NCBI GenBank assembly: GCA_028534125.1
Contig: CM052816.1
Coordinates: forward strand, 88,848,001 to 88,912,000
Direction of reading: 5' to 3'
DNA: 64,000 bases
From: Lama glama
Lineage: Eukaryota
In this document: piece after piece, positions 11,793 through 24,783 of the stretch
Position numbering within the stretch: position 1 is the first letter of the stretch
Layout of the letters: every line of letters starts with the position of its first letter
Notes under the pieces: generated by a model
What the model was told of the DNA's origin: nothing
The model's database searches: none
The model's input: only the letters and a program-made list of their open reading frames with translations
Program-made: the position numbers and the translations under genes

Positions 11793-14700
11793 AGTCACCA
11801 GCAGACAGCATCTTGTCCTCACTTACCCTCATCTTGAACTATTATTTAGGCATCTGTACAACTTGCTCATGACTGCCTTACTCTACCTATATAGACTTTT
11901 AAGGTGTTTTTATCAACACATCTCCAGTTTCTCTTTTTCTTCATTAGCTGATTATTCACCTAAGTATTCTCCACTCTTTACACTAAAGTTGGCTAGTGAA
12001 ACAATTAAATCTGTACATCCGTACCTTGATTTAGGAGAACTAAGCCATCACGTTTTCTGGGTCTCTCGTTCTGGAAAGTCACATACATAATCTCTCTGGC
12101 TATCCCTTATAAGAAAAAGGAAACAGTTCAAATCCATTACCATTGAGGTCCATGAACATGCTATGAAGTGATATACCATAATGATTGCCATTAATTTATA
12201 CAATCTTTTGATCATAAAAAAATGGCCTGGGAGGGTGCATGCGTGTGTAAGTCCAAAATATTATCTAGCAAAAAAGTACTGGTCTATCAGTTTATAGCAA
12301 GAAGTAATTTTTATATCACTACTTACTTAAAGCTCTCTCAGATAGATTGGAGCATATAGAAAAAGACCTTTCTAGTTTGTATATAAAACAATATTTCAGT
12401 ATTCCCCTGAGATATTTTAGGGCAGTTGAATCTGATTGTGGAGAAGATAACATGAATGTTAGAATACAAACAAGACTCATAAAAGCATTAAAGAGAGCCT
12501 AAATAAAAGTTAAAATTTTCAGTTTCCACAGTAACCATGGTTTGTTTTGTCTTGCATGCTTTCTTATTAGCTGAAGAATTCCACACTGTTTCAAAAACAA
12601 ATTGCCAAGACATATCCATCCAGAGCTCTAGAACCTCAATTAACTTTGAGAAAAATTGTAATTTTTTTGTAATCTAAGGCATAACTATAAGTAAAAATAT
12701 AAAGAATCAGAGTCAAAAGGATCTGGAAAAATATTTTTTATCTTGAACGAGGATATAATTAGTATTATAGATGTATAAAAATTATTTGTAAATTAGATAA
12801 ACTTAAATGCCACATCAGTAATCCAAACCTTTAAGCTCTTACAAAAGAGTATTTTTACAAAGAAAAAATTCTGAATGATGCAATTACCTGTCTAAAACTT
12901 TAAATAGAAGTAATTTATTTACTAGTAGTTGAGTTTTGCTACTTGAGTATCAAAACATTCAATACCCACTACTACACTACTAGCCATTTGATGGTGGCTA
13001 ATTTACTAAAATCTGCTATCTCATCATCTTTAAAAATGAATATATTGTCATCTTTTAGAGTCATTTGTTTATTTTCCGAAGTAGGTACAGAGTACTATTA
13101 GCTAAATCTGGGATATATGAAGTCAGTATTTAGTAACTCAATTTTTCTACTCAAGAAGTAATGTTAGTACATAAATGTATGGAAAACAGTTTGTCATGAA
13201 AATTAACATATGGACATTAAAAACACATTTAATTTGTTACATAATTGCCACTTAATAAATATTTCTATAAGAAGGCATGTTTTCAGGCAACATTGGCCTC
13301 ATTTCCTGATGTCTTGGATTCACATAACTGTAATTTTTATTTAGAAATTAAGGCAGCTGATTTTATTATTTCCCTTTCAAGTAGTAATTTCAATTTTTAA
13401 TAAACACACATATGCATACACATGTCAATTGCCTATATCTTGTCAACAACAAACACTTAAATTATAAATCCAGCATACATGTTGTTTGTCTTGAGTATTC
13501 TAGGGAAGCAATAGTTTCAATAGATGGAAAGCCATGAAGAAGTTATCATGTTTTTGATATTATCCTTTGCTCTAAATTTTGAAAGCGCCCATTATGGAGT
13601 TAGTTTCAAGACATCCAAATTCCCTGCATGTCACACCATGCTGAACATACTGAAAGACTGGCCTATCTTGTCAGAAGAAATGCCTTGAAAGGGTACATGA
13701 AAATGCTTTAAGTGGTTCTTCAGGAACCAAAGCATTTTTAACATGATTGTACTATTGTTATGTGTGTTTATAGACCTAGTTGAAACACTATCACAGGCTT
13801 CAACATTTTAAGCGGTGCCCAAGTACTTAAAAATACAGATAAAAGTATTTTCAATGACTAGCAAACATAAAGAATTCCTTTAATACATTTTATAGCTCTA
13901 GGATATGTCTTTTGAAAATTACTCTAACATGTTGAAATTTGAAAGGGATAAAAATATATTTTCCCTGAAACAAAATATATGACATTTCCAGAAGTGCAAG
14001 ATATAAAAAAAGAAATGACACCCATAGGAATGACAGGCAGCAGAGCCAATCAACCCATGAGAGATATGCTAGCATGAAAGGCAACTTCAAACTCACTGAC
14101 CAGCTTGAGTAGACTGCTACTGTGTCTCGAGCTCAGGTTTGACGTTAGAATCCTGATTTGAGGTCGAAAAAAATCTATGAAAATTATTTACCTTTATGCT
14201 GTCAAAATCTGAGATATCATTTAATAGTGTCTGGAACATTGCCATGTGATTTAAAACACTGTGCAATATTTAATAAAGTAGTACATATAGGGATACACAA
14301 TTTATAATTTCATGTTCATAATCACAGAATGTATTCTTGAGACAGTTAAAAAATGAAAGCATTGTGAAATTTTCCTTAGGGTATGTATTTCCACACTTTA
14401 AAATAAAATAAGCCTTCTGATATCTTGTGCCTGTCGAGTGATCTTAGGTTGTCGTGAGCTTCCAAATGCTGAAATCTAATAGTTTATGAATGTGGCAAGA
14501 GTACGACTTACTATATGTCTATGTCTATTTCTAACTATATATATAGAGACAGTTATATACTCAGTTTTCAAAAATAATTCCAGCACCAGAATCACACCTT
14601 AGCAACCTTCTCCCATTTGACATCTGTGCATCGTGTGAGCCTTTGAAAGATTCGCTCACTATTTTTTCCTAATGGGAAATTCTCTTCTGTAGGGGTTCTG

Positions 14701-15249
14701 TTTGTACACTTGCTCCCTCCCTCTGTAAAGCAATCCACTGGACACTATAGGGGAAAAACTACTGTAACATTCCTAAAATCCTGTAAGTATAATAAACTGA
14801 AAAACACAGCAGAACAAGTACAAGGAAAGTTAAGTAATCAGTTGCTAAGCTAAATAGTTGAAAATCTCTGTGACGAGGACAATGTGAATTTCAAGAACAG
14901 ATTCAGTAAATGATAGAAAACCTAAACAAAATGGTAACTTTGAAATATAATTTTAAATTTCTAAAGAATTTCTCTGTAAACAGATGCCTCATAATAGATA
15001 GTATTACATTAAACTTATTTAATTGAAAAAAACTCAATCTATAGAAAGTCTTTAAACTGAGAAAAGTTAGAGAACTTGACAATTTATGTAACATTATTGT
15101 TCTAACATCATATGAAACTTTAAAATGGCAGCACAAAATATTCTAACCGTGTAATGTGGATGCAGAAATCCTGGTTATAATAATAGAAAGTTAAGTCTTT
15201 TATAAAAAGAATAAAAAGTACATTTAATAGCTATAAAAATTGGGCTCCT

Positions 15250-15725
15250 TTCAGTGGAAATGAAGAAATCTAACTCAGTTGGCTGAAGCAAAACTTAATG
15301 ATATAATCCAGAAATACAGTTCTAAACTTAGCTCCAAATATTGCTGAAATCAGTTGTTCAAAAAAGCCTTCAAATTTAGATTGTTTCCTTTACATTGATT
15401 TTCTATTCAGTTTTCCCATGTGGTGATAATGATGGTCAGCATCAGTCTAAGGTTCACCTTCTGTTAAATGAGTAAGTCCAGTGAACACAGTTCATCTCAG
15501 TAAAATTTAAAAGGTAGGAACTAATTGACCTGACTTAGTAATATGCTGAACTCTCAACCGCTCAGGGTGATCAGAACAATGCAAACTTCTAAAAGCCAGT
15601 CACTGGTAAAATCCTTACTAATAGAAACAAGATTGAGATTTCAGGTCTATGTAAGTTACATGAACTAAAAGTAGGTCAAGAATTTCTCCCAAAAGGAAGT
15701 TTAGAATTCTGTTACCAGAAAGTAG
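15250..15725 (-). mobile_element. Old MaLR LTR, MLT1J-like
   Basis: 'agaaatctaactcagttggctgaagcaaaa' and 'tcccaaaaggaagtttagaattctgttaccagaa' resemble MLT1J motifs. Confidence 0.5.
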
Positions 15726-15759
15726 TTGAGATTACTGACTAGTTGGCCCTTCTCATGGT

Positions 15760-15995
15760 ATTCTTCTAAAGTGTTCTCCTGAGAAACGTGTGATTTGGTT
15801 TTGCAGACAGCTGGAATCATTGTGACCACTTGCATGACTCCGGGCACAACTAAATTTCCTCTTAATGGTCTACTTGATCTTCAGTACTTCAGCCATCCCG
15901 GGGGTTATATAAGCCTCCACTGCCCTGTATTAAATACATTTCTTTCTGAAATACCATTACAGGTTATTTTTTTCCTGACTCACCTTGAATAATGT
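15760..15995 (+). mobile_element. Old MaLR LTR 3' fragment
   Basis: Ends in 'attaaatacatttctttctgaaataccattacaggttatttttttcctgact', similar to old MLT1 LTR 3' ends. Confidence 0.4.
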
Positions 15996-16269
15996 AATAA
16001 GTAAAAGATACCCACTAGAACAGGGGAAAACTAGGAAAAATGAAGAAATCTATTCTCATTGGGTTTGTATATAAAAATATGCAATATTATTATGTTTACA
16101 TTTTTATCTACCTAGACTATTCAGATGAAAAACTTTAAAAATTAGAAGTTATAATAACTACAAATAAACAACACATAACCTTTCAAAATCAATACTTTCC
16201 TATGTAAAGCAGTTGAAATTATAATACAAAAAGCAGTACCAAAATGTAAGTAGTCATGAATACATCCTA

Positions 16270-16560
16270 TACAGATTTGATCGTATCGCTTCTCTGCTTA
16301 AAACCTGTCATCAATGACTTTCATTACTACTGTTATGAACGCTGAAACTCTTAACTTGACTGTTGAAGGCTGGAGTCATTTAGTCTCTATTTCCTCTCCA
16401 GAGTCATTTCATCCAATAACTGTCTAATGTCTGTCCTCCCTCCTAGACGTCAATTCTCTGTAGTCTGGGAGTATGTCTATCTTATTCTCATCTCTATTCA
16501 TTCACTACCCTGGCCAAGGCCTGGAACAGGGACTCAGTAAATGTTTGTTGTAACTTTGAT
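16270..16560 (+). mobile_element. L2 3' end
   Basis: 'cttctctgcttaaaacc' and the terminal 'ggcctggaacagggactcagtaaatgtttgttg' are typical of L2 3' ends. Confidence 0.65.
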
Positions 16561-16777
16561 GATACACGCATGAATAATGAAAAATCTCAAAATGAATGCA
16601 GGAAGATATTTTCTGTTTGTATGAAAAATTAAATGTTACAAAACCTTTACTCCTACTGAATTGTGTTACACATTAAAATATAATGAAAATCTTAATGGAT
16701 TTTGTTTTAATTTTGCAAAAAGATAAAAATATATTGAAATTCTTCTGGAAATATGAAGGTATTATATATTTTATAAG

Positions 16778-16799
16778 TATGTATATATATATATATATG

Positions 16800-16857
<58 letters not shown>
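16778..16857. repeat. (TA)n(CA)n microsatellite with a long perfect CA run
   Basis: Directly visible; the CA run spans ~16803-16851. Confidence 0.98.
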
Positions 16858-17519
16858 GGAATATTCATAGAAACATATGACGATGACTTCTGCTGGAGGA
16901 CATTCAAGTGTCCTGGGAGGTTATGCTACTTAAACTAATGTAGTCCTGCTGTAAGAACAAACAGTACAAAACAAATGAGAAGAAAAATCCAAAAAATACA
17001 TGTTGAGTGAAACTTCATTAGAGATGATTTAGTTACAGAGAAAAGAATCCATAATATTAACCTAAGTGAACAAACAAAATTGATTGGAATGAGAAAGGGT
17101 ACCTCTCAGCAAACATGGCTCCCTCCTCTCAATAAACAGCAAATGTCTCAACATCCACCAGGAGACATAGCAGCTGCCTTCCCTGATTGGCGTTCTCTCC
17201 TTGAGGCATAAAACCAATCACCACTTCCTTTTAAGCATTTACTTTATTATTGTATTTCTCTGTTGGTCTGTAGGCCAGTTTCATGATGGAAAATGATTCC
17301 TCCAGTCCTATGGTTTCACCGGCCAACTTTACATAAGTTAACTAAATCTCCGAAAACCAATTCCTAAATTCCAGGAATAAGAACTGACTGGCCAGCAAAG
17401 GCCCAGTGCAGGGCACCATGTACGCGTCCCCTCAGAAAGGCCGGGAGAAGTAAGTCTCTAAGAAAGAAGTAAGCAGGAAGAGAGTGTCAGCTCAGGAAAC
17501 GTGATCGTTCCAAGCACAA

Positions 17520-18330
17520 AAATAAGATACCAAAAAGATCTGGCTACATAAATATTAAGTTCTCGATTTCACAAAACGACATGAATAAACACATTGGTGC
17601 TTTCACAGACTCAGAGGATAAAAAGGTCCACCAATTATATGCCAAGCTGAAAAACATTCTTACTATGCAACATCCTTTACAAATCATAAGGAAACAGTTG
17701 AGTCAGATAAGAAAAAACAGAACAGTATATTCAAAAAAGCACACAGGAACACAGATGACATGCAACCTCACGGATATGTTTCCTCTCATATTGATTGGAA
17801 ACAAGTAAGTTCGTCAGATGATGGAAATGCTCCCATCAAAATGATCAAGCAAAACCAGCACAACTCCAACAAAACAAGTAAAAATGCCTAGCTTTGGAAA
17901 AATTACAGAAAATAAAAAGTCACACACTGTTGTTGAAACCGGTAATGGATCCATTCCAGGAGATACTTGAGGAATTTATGTAGAAAGGCATAGAAACATT
18001 CATGGATGAAAAAAATAATAGTATAAATTTATTCTGAGGACATGATAAGAAATGCAAGTGACGTGAACAAAGATACAAGAAAAATCATCAATCACAAAAT
18101 TATTTATAATAGTAAGATAGGGGACAAAATGCCCAAAACAGGGAATTAATGAAGCTGTGGCACATTTGTATAATACAGCTGAAGTAACACAGTCAGTCAG
18201 TTTGAAAAACTCAGAGTAACCAGTTAAGTATAAAAGTTCTGTCACAAAATAATATATTAAGTAGTATGCTAGTATTATAAATTATACAGAGTTCAACATA
18301 AATTTAGAAAGATATATATTGAAATTTCAA
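17520..18330 (+). mobile_element. Ancient LINE-1 (L1M-type) 3' region, degenerate
   Basis: A-rich sense strand with L1M-like motifs ('tatttataatagtaaga', 'aaatgcccaaaacagggaatta', 'gctgtggcacatttgtataat'). Its distal 507 bp is repeated after the gap. Confidence 0.55.
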
Positions 18331-18430
18331 NNNNNNNNNNNNNNNNNNNNNNNNNNNNNNNNNNNNNNNNNNNNNNNNNNNNNNNNNNNNNNNNNNNNNN
18401 NNNNNNNNNNNNNNNNNNNNNNNNNNNNNN
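18331..18430. other. Assembly gap (100 N)
   Basis: Run of exactly 100 N, the usual placeholder for a gap of unknown size. Confidence 1.
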
Positions 18431-18937
18431 GAAATGCTCTCATCAAAATGATCAAGCAAAACCAGCACAACTCCAACAAAACAAGTAAAAATGCCTAGCT
18501 TTGGAAAAATTACAGAAAATAAAAAGTCACACACTGTTGTTGAAACCGGTAATGGATCCATTCCAGGAGATACTTGAGGAATTTATGTAGAAAGCCATAG
18601 AAACATTCATGGATGAAAAAAATAATAGTATAAATTTATTCTGAGGACATGATAAGAAATGCAAGTGACGTGAACAAAGATACAAGAAAAATCATCAATC
18701 ACAGAATTATTTATAATAGTAAGATAGGGGACAGAATGCCCAAAACAGGGAATTAATGAAGCTGTGGCACATTTGTATAATACAGCTGAAGTAACACAGT
18801 CAGTTAATTTGAAAAACTCAGAGTAACCAGTTAAGTATAAAAGTTCTGTCACAAAATAATATATTAAGTAGTATGCTAATATTATAAATTATACAGAGTT
18901 CAACATAAATTTAGAAAGATATATATTGAAATTTCAA
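18431..18937 (+). repeat. Second copy of 17824-18330 (507-bp direct repeat across the gap)
   Basis: Manual comparison gives the same length and 7 substitutions. ORFs 18000-18245 and 18607-18852 are near-identical. Confidence 0.97.
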
Positions 18938-19034
18938 CAGTTGCTTGACTTATTGAGCATGAATATCTTTTATTTTCTACTTGCCATTTTATTTTTTTTA
19001 ATAAATAACTTCAATAGAGTTGTATTAAGTATAA

Positions 19035-19276
19035 CGAAGCATTAAGAATATAAAGATTCTGTAGTGTTAGACAGTCTTATGCTTGACTCTCATCTTTACA
19101 ACTCATCATATAGAGAATCCTGAGAGTTACTTAACGCTTTAAGGCTAACTTTCTTTAGGTAAAAATTTAATATTAATGTCTACTTATAGCTCTTGTATGA
19201 ATACATACAAATGAGTTAAAGTGTGCTGATTACAATGCCTTTAATATGGCAAATGCTTAACACATGATATTACTAA
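19035..19276 (+). mobile_element. MIR SINE
   Basis: Sense MIR-like 'agttacttaacgctttaaggctaactttctttaggtaaaaat' and 3' 'acaatgcctttaatatggcaaatgcttaa'. Confidence 0.55.
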
Positions 19277-19679
19277 CTTAAAAATAATATATACATTAGT
19301 TAAAATAAAAATACATTTATAAAGAATAGTGTAGATAATAAAAGGTGAAGAGCAGGCAGTAAAATTTTGATTATGTATATTGCATGGATCTGTGTATCAA
19401 AAAGTTCCACGTCGCATAATAAAATGGTGCAAAATAATATCACATATTGTTACGCTTTATTAACAACTGAGTACCTCAGGGAACACAGGTGATTAAGTCA
19501 AACACAGCACCCTGGTCAAAGTTGAAGCTTAATCTTTTCTAATTGGGAAGGACATACTCTAACCTCTCAGCTTCTGCCAATTCTCAGTCAGAGGTGGTGT
19601 ATAACTGCCGAACTTAATCATTTCCAAATTGAATCCACAGACATACTCACTTATTTCTCTCCTCTTTCTAATTAATGCA

Positions 19680-19862
19680 ATTTATTTTAGAGCAGTTTTA
19701 GGTTCATAGCAAAACTGAATGGAAAGTGTAGAGTTCTCATTGCTCCCTGTTCCCACAAACGCACAGCCTCCCCTGATGCCTCTTACCAGAGTCGTATGTG
19801 TGTTACAGTCGATGAACCTACGTTGGCACATCATTATCACTCAAAGTCCATAGTTTACACTG
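19680..19862 (-). mobile_element. LINE-1 3'-terminal fragment, L1MC-like
   Basis: 'ttttagagcagttttaggttcatagcaaaactga ... gatgaacctacgttggcacatcattatcactcaaagtccatagtttaca' matches a recalled eutherian L1MC 3' end. Confidence 0.85.
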
Positions 19863-20239
19863 GCTTCTATCTCTCTCTCTCTCTCTTTTTTTTTTTTAAG
19901 TCAAGAAACTTTAGAACATAACTCAAAGGCAATATGTCATTGGATAAAAGTATGAACTATACATGGAATTCAAATCTTTTAAAAATGGATGCATAAACTC
20001 AGACTTCTAAAACTCACTCCCTTAGAAGTTTATCATTAAAGATAGCTGTGCTGATTACTGTCATTAGTACTGAAGTGTCGTATGATAACACGCGTCTAGT
20101 TTTCTCTTTTCAAGATTAAAAAACTTATATAAACGAGAATACGTCAGAAATTTATGAAGATACTAGATTAAAGATGACTTGTTCATGTTATTGTCGAGGG
20201 AGCCAGAAGACTGAAAAATAGACTCCAGTCCAGCTCAGT

Positions 20240-22930
20240 GAATTTTGATTTAGTATCTATTATATGCCTGGCATTCTTTTAGGGACTAGAGAAGGGATGG
20301 CAATAAACAGAAAAAAACAAAATCAAAAAGCAAAACCAAAAAACCCTCCCTGTTAATGAAATTACATTCTAGAAAGTAAGGGAGTTGGTAAATGTAACGT
20401 GTAGAAAAGTGGTGAGTTTCAAGAAGAAACGTAAAGCAGCGCAAGCGGCTGGGAGTCCTGGTGGAGAGAAGCAATTTTACAGTTTGGTCAGAAGAAGCTT
20501 CACAGGGGAGGTGATGGTTATTTAAGGGAAGACTTAAAGGAGGTGAGGGAGTAAGTTTTGGAAATACCCGAAGGAAGAGAAACGAAGTTAGAGAAAATAG
20601 TCAGTATTATCTACCTGTGATAGGAGATCAGAGTTAGCAAGTTGGAGAGAAAGGAAATTAGATCTGAGAGGTAATGAAGCTATTCTTTGCAAAGATTACA
20701 AGTAAAGACTTCACTTTTTGCTCTGCTTGACAGGGAAACAGTGAGAGTTGAGAACAGAAAGTAACTTTGTCGATGTGTATATTAAAGTCATAATCATGAT
20801 TTGTGATGCATACCCTTGAAGTGTTGCATAGACTGAATCAATTAAGAAGCTACTGCCATAATTCAAGTTCTATAGGATGGTGGCTGGACCACTGTGGCGT
20901 GACAGCAGTGAAAAGTGGTGAGGAGTGATTGGGTCAAACACACAGAGGGTGGCATTTATGCAGCTGCATTTACAGGAAGAGAGCTATCAACACATCAAAA
21001 ATATGTAAGTTCTGAGAACTGGCCTTGCCTTTATCAGGAGAAAACCTTGATGACCTCACTAAAAATAGTTTCCGTGGGATGGAAGAGGAGATTGCTCACT
21101 TGCAGTGGATTTAAGAGAGATGGGGAAAGCAGAATGACAACGAGTCTAAAGAACTCAGAATAATTTTAGCTGTAATTGGGGCAATAGAAATGATGAGGAG
21201 GAGGTAGTGGAGGAGGAGGTGGGTCACAAGGGATTGTATTTTTAGGGTAGAATAAATAACAGCAGGATGGGAGTGACCTAGTGGAGAGGGGACAGTGATG
21301 CACTGGAAACAGAGTGCAGAATTACTAGTGACATCCCTGAGCAGGAAAGAGATGGTTCCCCTCTGGGAGAGGCGGGCAGCACATGGAGGTGCTGAATCCA
21401 GGAGGCAAGTAGGAGCAGTCATCTAGCTCATGCTTATTGTTAGCATTTGCACCTCAGCAAAGGGCTGGGTCCATTCAAAGGAAGAGGAGCCTTTAGAGGA
21501 AGAGGAGCATTTTTCTTTGGTCAAAGATATTGCATAGAAGTCAAGACACTGGTGAGAGGTCTTTGCCAACAGTACATAAGTGGAGGTGTTGGCCTTTAAC
21601 ATACTAACGGGAAGGAAAGCAGAGTGTACAGGGATAAATGCTAACAGGTCCACGGATGTGAGGACAGGTGATTGGACTTCATTTCTCAGCAAATTAAGAA
21701 CCAAGTTCACCAGCTTCATGGGAATATGGAGGAGGAGACGAGGAATATTTGAAGAGAGCAGAAAAGATACAGAACCATCATTGAAAAGAGTAGGAGGGAT
21801 TTTTTTTTAATCTATTTTATACATGGTAGTTAATATTTGCAAATTTCAAACTCCTAATTTATCCCTTCCCACCTTGTCTGACACGTTGTAACTGACCATC
21901 CTTCAATAAAAAAAAAAAAAAATCAGGAGGAAAAAAATAGGAAATTGAATTTCCTTAAGATTTAAGGAGAATGTGAAACGAGATCAGACAGCACAGCTAT
22001 GTGCTTTTCTCCAGTTACATTGGTGCTCAGAGTCAGGACTGGATTGGTGAAGAGTTATTTAATTAGGGCCAAGGTGTAGCCAAGTTGCATGACAAAACTG
22101 AAGAAGAGTGGTGTGTAGTTGAGAGAACAGGCAGGGGAGTCATTATAACAACTGACCATGTAATTTAAACTTGTTTTTTATGGAAGAGAAATATGTAAGG
22201 TTGATGAGGGAAAGTGAAAATACTGTGGGATCAATAAATATACGTCCCAGTGGCACAATGGCCTCTCCGAGTGGGGTTGCTGAAGGCAGTGAGTATGAGC
22301 AAGAAGTCAGGAAATCGAGCTGACAGAGGGTGATGCGTGAAATTGAAATTATGGAGGAGTCGCCATTATAGGTAATGGCGGGGACTGGGTCATAACCGTG
22401 GGGCTGAGTGGCCCGGGGAGGATGCCAGGCAAGTTCACAGTAGTTTAAGAAACTGAGAAGTCACAATGTGGTTAGGATTTCTGTTCACTCTGACATTGAA
22501 ATCATCAAGAATTCTGGCAGGCAAAGGAACAGTGAGATGGGAATTAGAGACAGTGAGAGTCTGTGAGAGCCCCGGGTATCAGCAGATGATGCAATGATGA
22601 AAGGCCCTAAGCGATCATATCCGATAACAGGGGCTTCAAATCGCCATGTAGGACAGAGAATAGACTGGGAAGAGCAAGAAAACCCACTCGCAAGCTCGGT
22701 GATAAGAGAATTATAGAGGAAACAAAAATAAAACATAACCGAAATCCTCTACCAGTTAAGAGCCGCACAGGGGAAGTCCGTCGTGTCCTCAGGAGAGGTC
22801 CAGGCAGCCATTAGAGCAAAATTGTTAAGGGCACGTTCAGTGAAAAGATGGAAGAAAGAAAGATTTTGTGATGATGAGATTTTACTTTTGCAAAAGTGTA
22901 TCTAATAGGAGTGCCCTCTGGAGAACTGGG
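20240..22930 (-). mobile_element. Long degenerate L2 element, interrupted at 21800-21922 by a small L1
   Basis: Purine-rich + strand with antisense L2 motifs: 'tttagtatctattatatgcctggcattc', 'ggtcagaagaagcttcacaggggaggtga', 'ttgatgacctcactaaaaatagtttccgtgggatgg', 'gcagtggatttaagagaga'. The distal boundary is uncertain. Confidence 0.65.
21800..21922 (+). mobile_element. Miniature LINE-1 insertion with 5' inversion
   Basis: 21800-21873 is antisense L1 3' UTR (compare 60676-60738). 21879-21907 is the sense L1 terminus (reverse complement of 60510-60541), followed by a poly(A) at 21908-21922. Confidence 0.8.
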
Positions 22931-23899
22931 AAGGGCAGAGGCGCAGATAAGAGTCTTAATTTTTACTTCAATTAAATGTTTTATTTGTGATAGCATCTTT
23001 TTAGTTTTAGTCTTTACAATATTGAATGCCTCTTAAAAGTCAATACACACACAAAGTGAATAGAGTAAATGCGTTTTCCCAGAAAAATACAACAGAGCAG
23101 CAGCGCCTGCAACCCGTGATCACTGTGGATCGTTCACAGTGCACGGTTCAGACTGGGCGTTGTGCAAGGGCTCTTCCATCTTTCCTACCACTCTGCCTTC
23201 CTGTTTACTATCTTTCTCGTTTTCTTTGATGGTAAGAATCATTGTCTTTTGCTCCCTGCTGCCATACTGTTGCCACCGTTACTGATACACATTATGCTAC
23301 AAAGAGGATAGAACGTGATGGTGTTGAGCTGCCTTTATCCAAGGAGTATACAGGTAGCATTTGAAGATAACTCTGTCTTCTTTAGATTGATCTGCTAACA
23401 CTTGCGAGTTATTTGCCCAGTGTTCCAATACAAATTTTAATACATATGGGTGGATACATTTTAAATGAACACCTTTGATTTTTATCATCCTAACTTGTAT
23501 CATTTACCAGTTTTAGTTTCTTTTGAGGGGGGCCCTACTTTTCGCAGGCACTTAACCAACTCCTTTGCTATGTCAGCATAGTAAGTTCAACAGTCTGAGT
23601 GGTTACTCATCTACCTGTGACATATTTGATCAGTCTAAGTCTAGAGAACCATTATCTTATAAAATCATGCTTTGACAGGGGTTCTAAATTACATTCATGT
23701 CAGGAAATAATTTTCAGGGGAGAAAATTGACCAGTTGTTACTGGGTAATAGAGAAAAAACCTTCTGAGAAAAAGAAGAGACATTGAAAAAATGTAGATGT
23801 TTATCATATGGGAATTATTCTAAAGGAGTGAAATTTAGCAAAACATGAAATGGAGATGCCAACAGATTCACAATAATTGCTATCTTTATTGTCTTGCTG

Positions 23900-24783
23900 T
23901 TATTTATTTATTTATTTTTAATGAAATATTTTAATCATGTAACATTGTATAAATTTAAGGCATATAACATGTACATTTGATGAATTTATATATTATAATA
24001 TGATTGCCATTGTAGCAATAATTAGTATCTCTCTTATGTTATGTAATTATCCTTTCGTTTAGTGATTAGAATGATTAAGTTCTAGTTTCTCAGCAAGTTT
24101 GATGACTGCAATACAATTTGTTGTCTGTATTCACTATGTTGTGCATTAGGTCTCTAGGGATTATTTCCTGCTTGTTACAAGTTTGTATCTTTAAACACTG
24201 TCTGTCCCATTCGCCCAACCCCCATGCCCTGGTGACTACAGTTTTACACTCCATTTTTATGAGTTCGGCTTTTTTTAGATTCCACATGTAACTGGCATCA
24301 TACAGTACTTGTTCCAGCTCTGTGAAAAATGTCGTTGGTAATTTGATAGGGATTGCACTGAATCTATATGCGGCCTTGGGTAGTATGGCCGTTTTAACAA
24401 TATTGAATCTTCCAGTCCAAGAACACGGTGTATCTTTCCATTTGTTGTGTCATCTTCAATTTCTTTCGTAAGTGTCTTGCAGTTTTTGGAGTACAGGTCC
24501 TTTGCCTCCTTGGATAGGCTTTTTCCTAGGTGTTTTATTCTTTTTGGTGCGATGGTAAATGCTGTTGTTTCCTTAATTTCTTTTTTTGCTATTTTGTTGT
24601 TAGCGTATAGAAATGCAACTGATTTCTGTATGTTAATCTTGTATCCTACGAGTGTATCAGATTACTTGATGAGCTCGAGTAGTTTTCTGGTCACTTCTTT
24701 AGGGTTTTCTATGTAGACTGTCACGTCATCTGCCAACAGTGACAGTTTTACTTCTTCGGTTCCAATTTGGATTCTTGTTATCT
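23900..24783 (-). mobile_element. LINE-1 fragment: 3' UTR fused directly to an ORF2 segment
   Basis: 23900-24310 is L1MA-like 3' UTR (minus ORF 24090-24287, [10 protein letters not shown]...). 24311-24783 aligns by eye with 57003-57470 of the larger L1 in this window. Confidence 0.92.

Noticed and set aside
14660..14744. 85-nt minus-strand segment between 'tttttcccctatag' and 'gtgagc' (CPVDCFTEGGSKCTNRTPTEENFPLGKN in one frame)
   Set aside because: Moderate splice signals only, no recognisable homology and no compatible neighbouring exons; cannot be told from chance.
16683..16907. ORFs with THTHTH / CVCVCV runs
   Set aside because: They are translations of the (CA)n microsatellite.
18000..18852. 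Two near-identical 81-aa ORFs suggesting a gene duplication
   Set aside because: They are antisense to an old L1 fragment, duplicated only because of the gap-flanking repeat.
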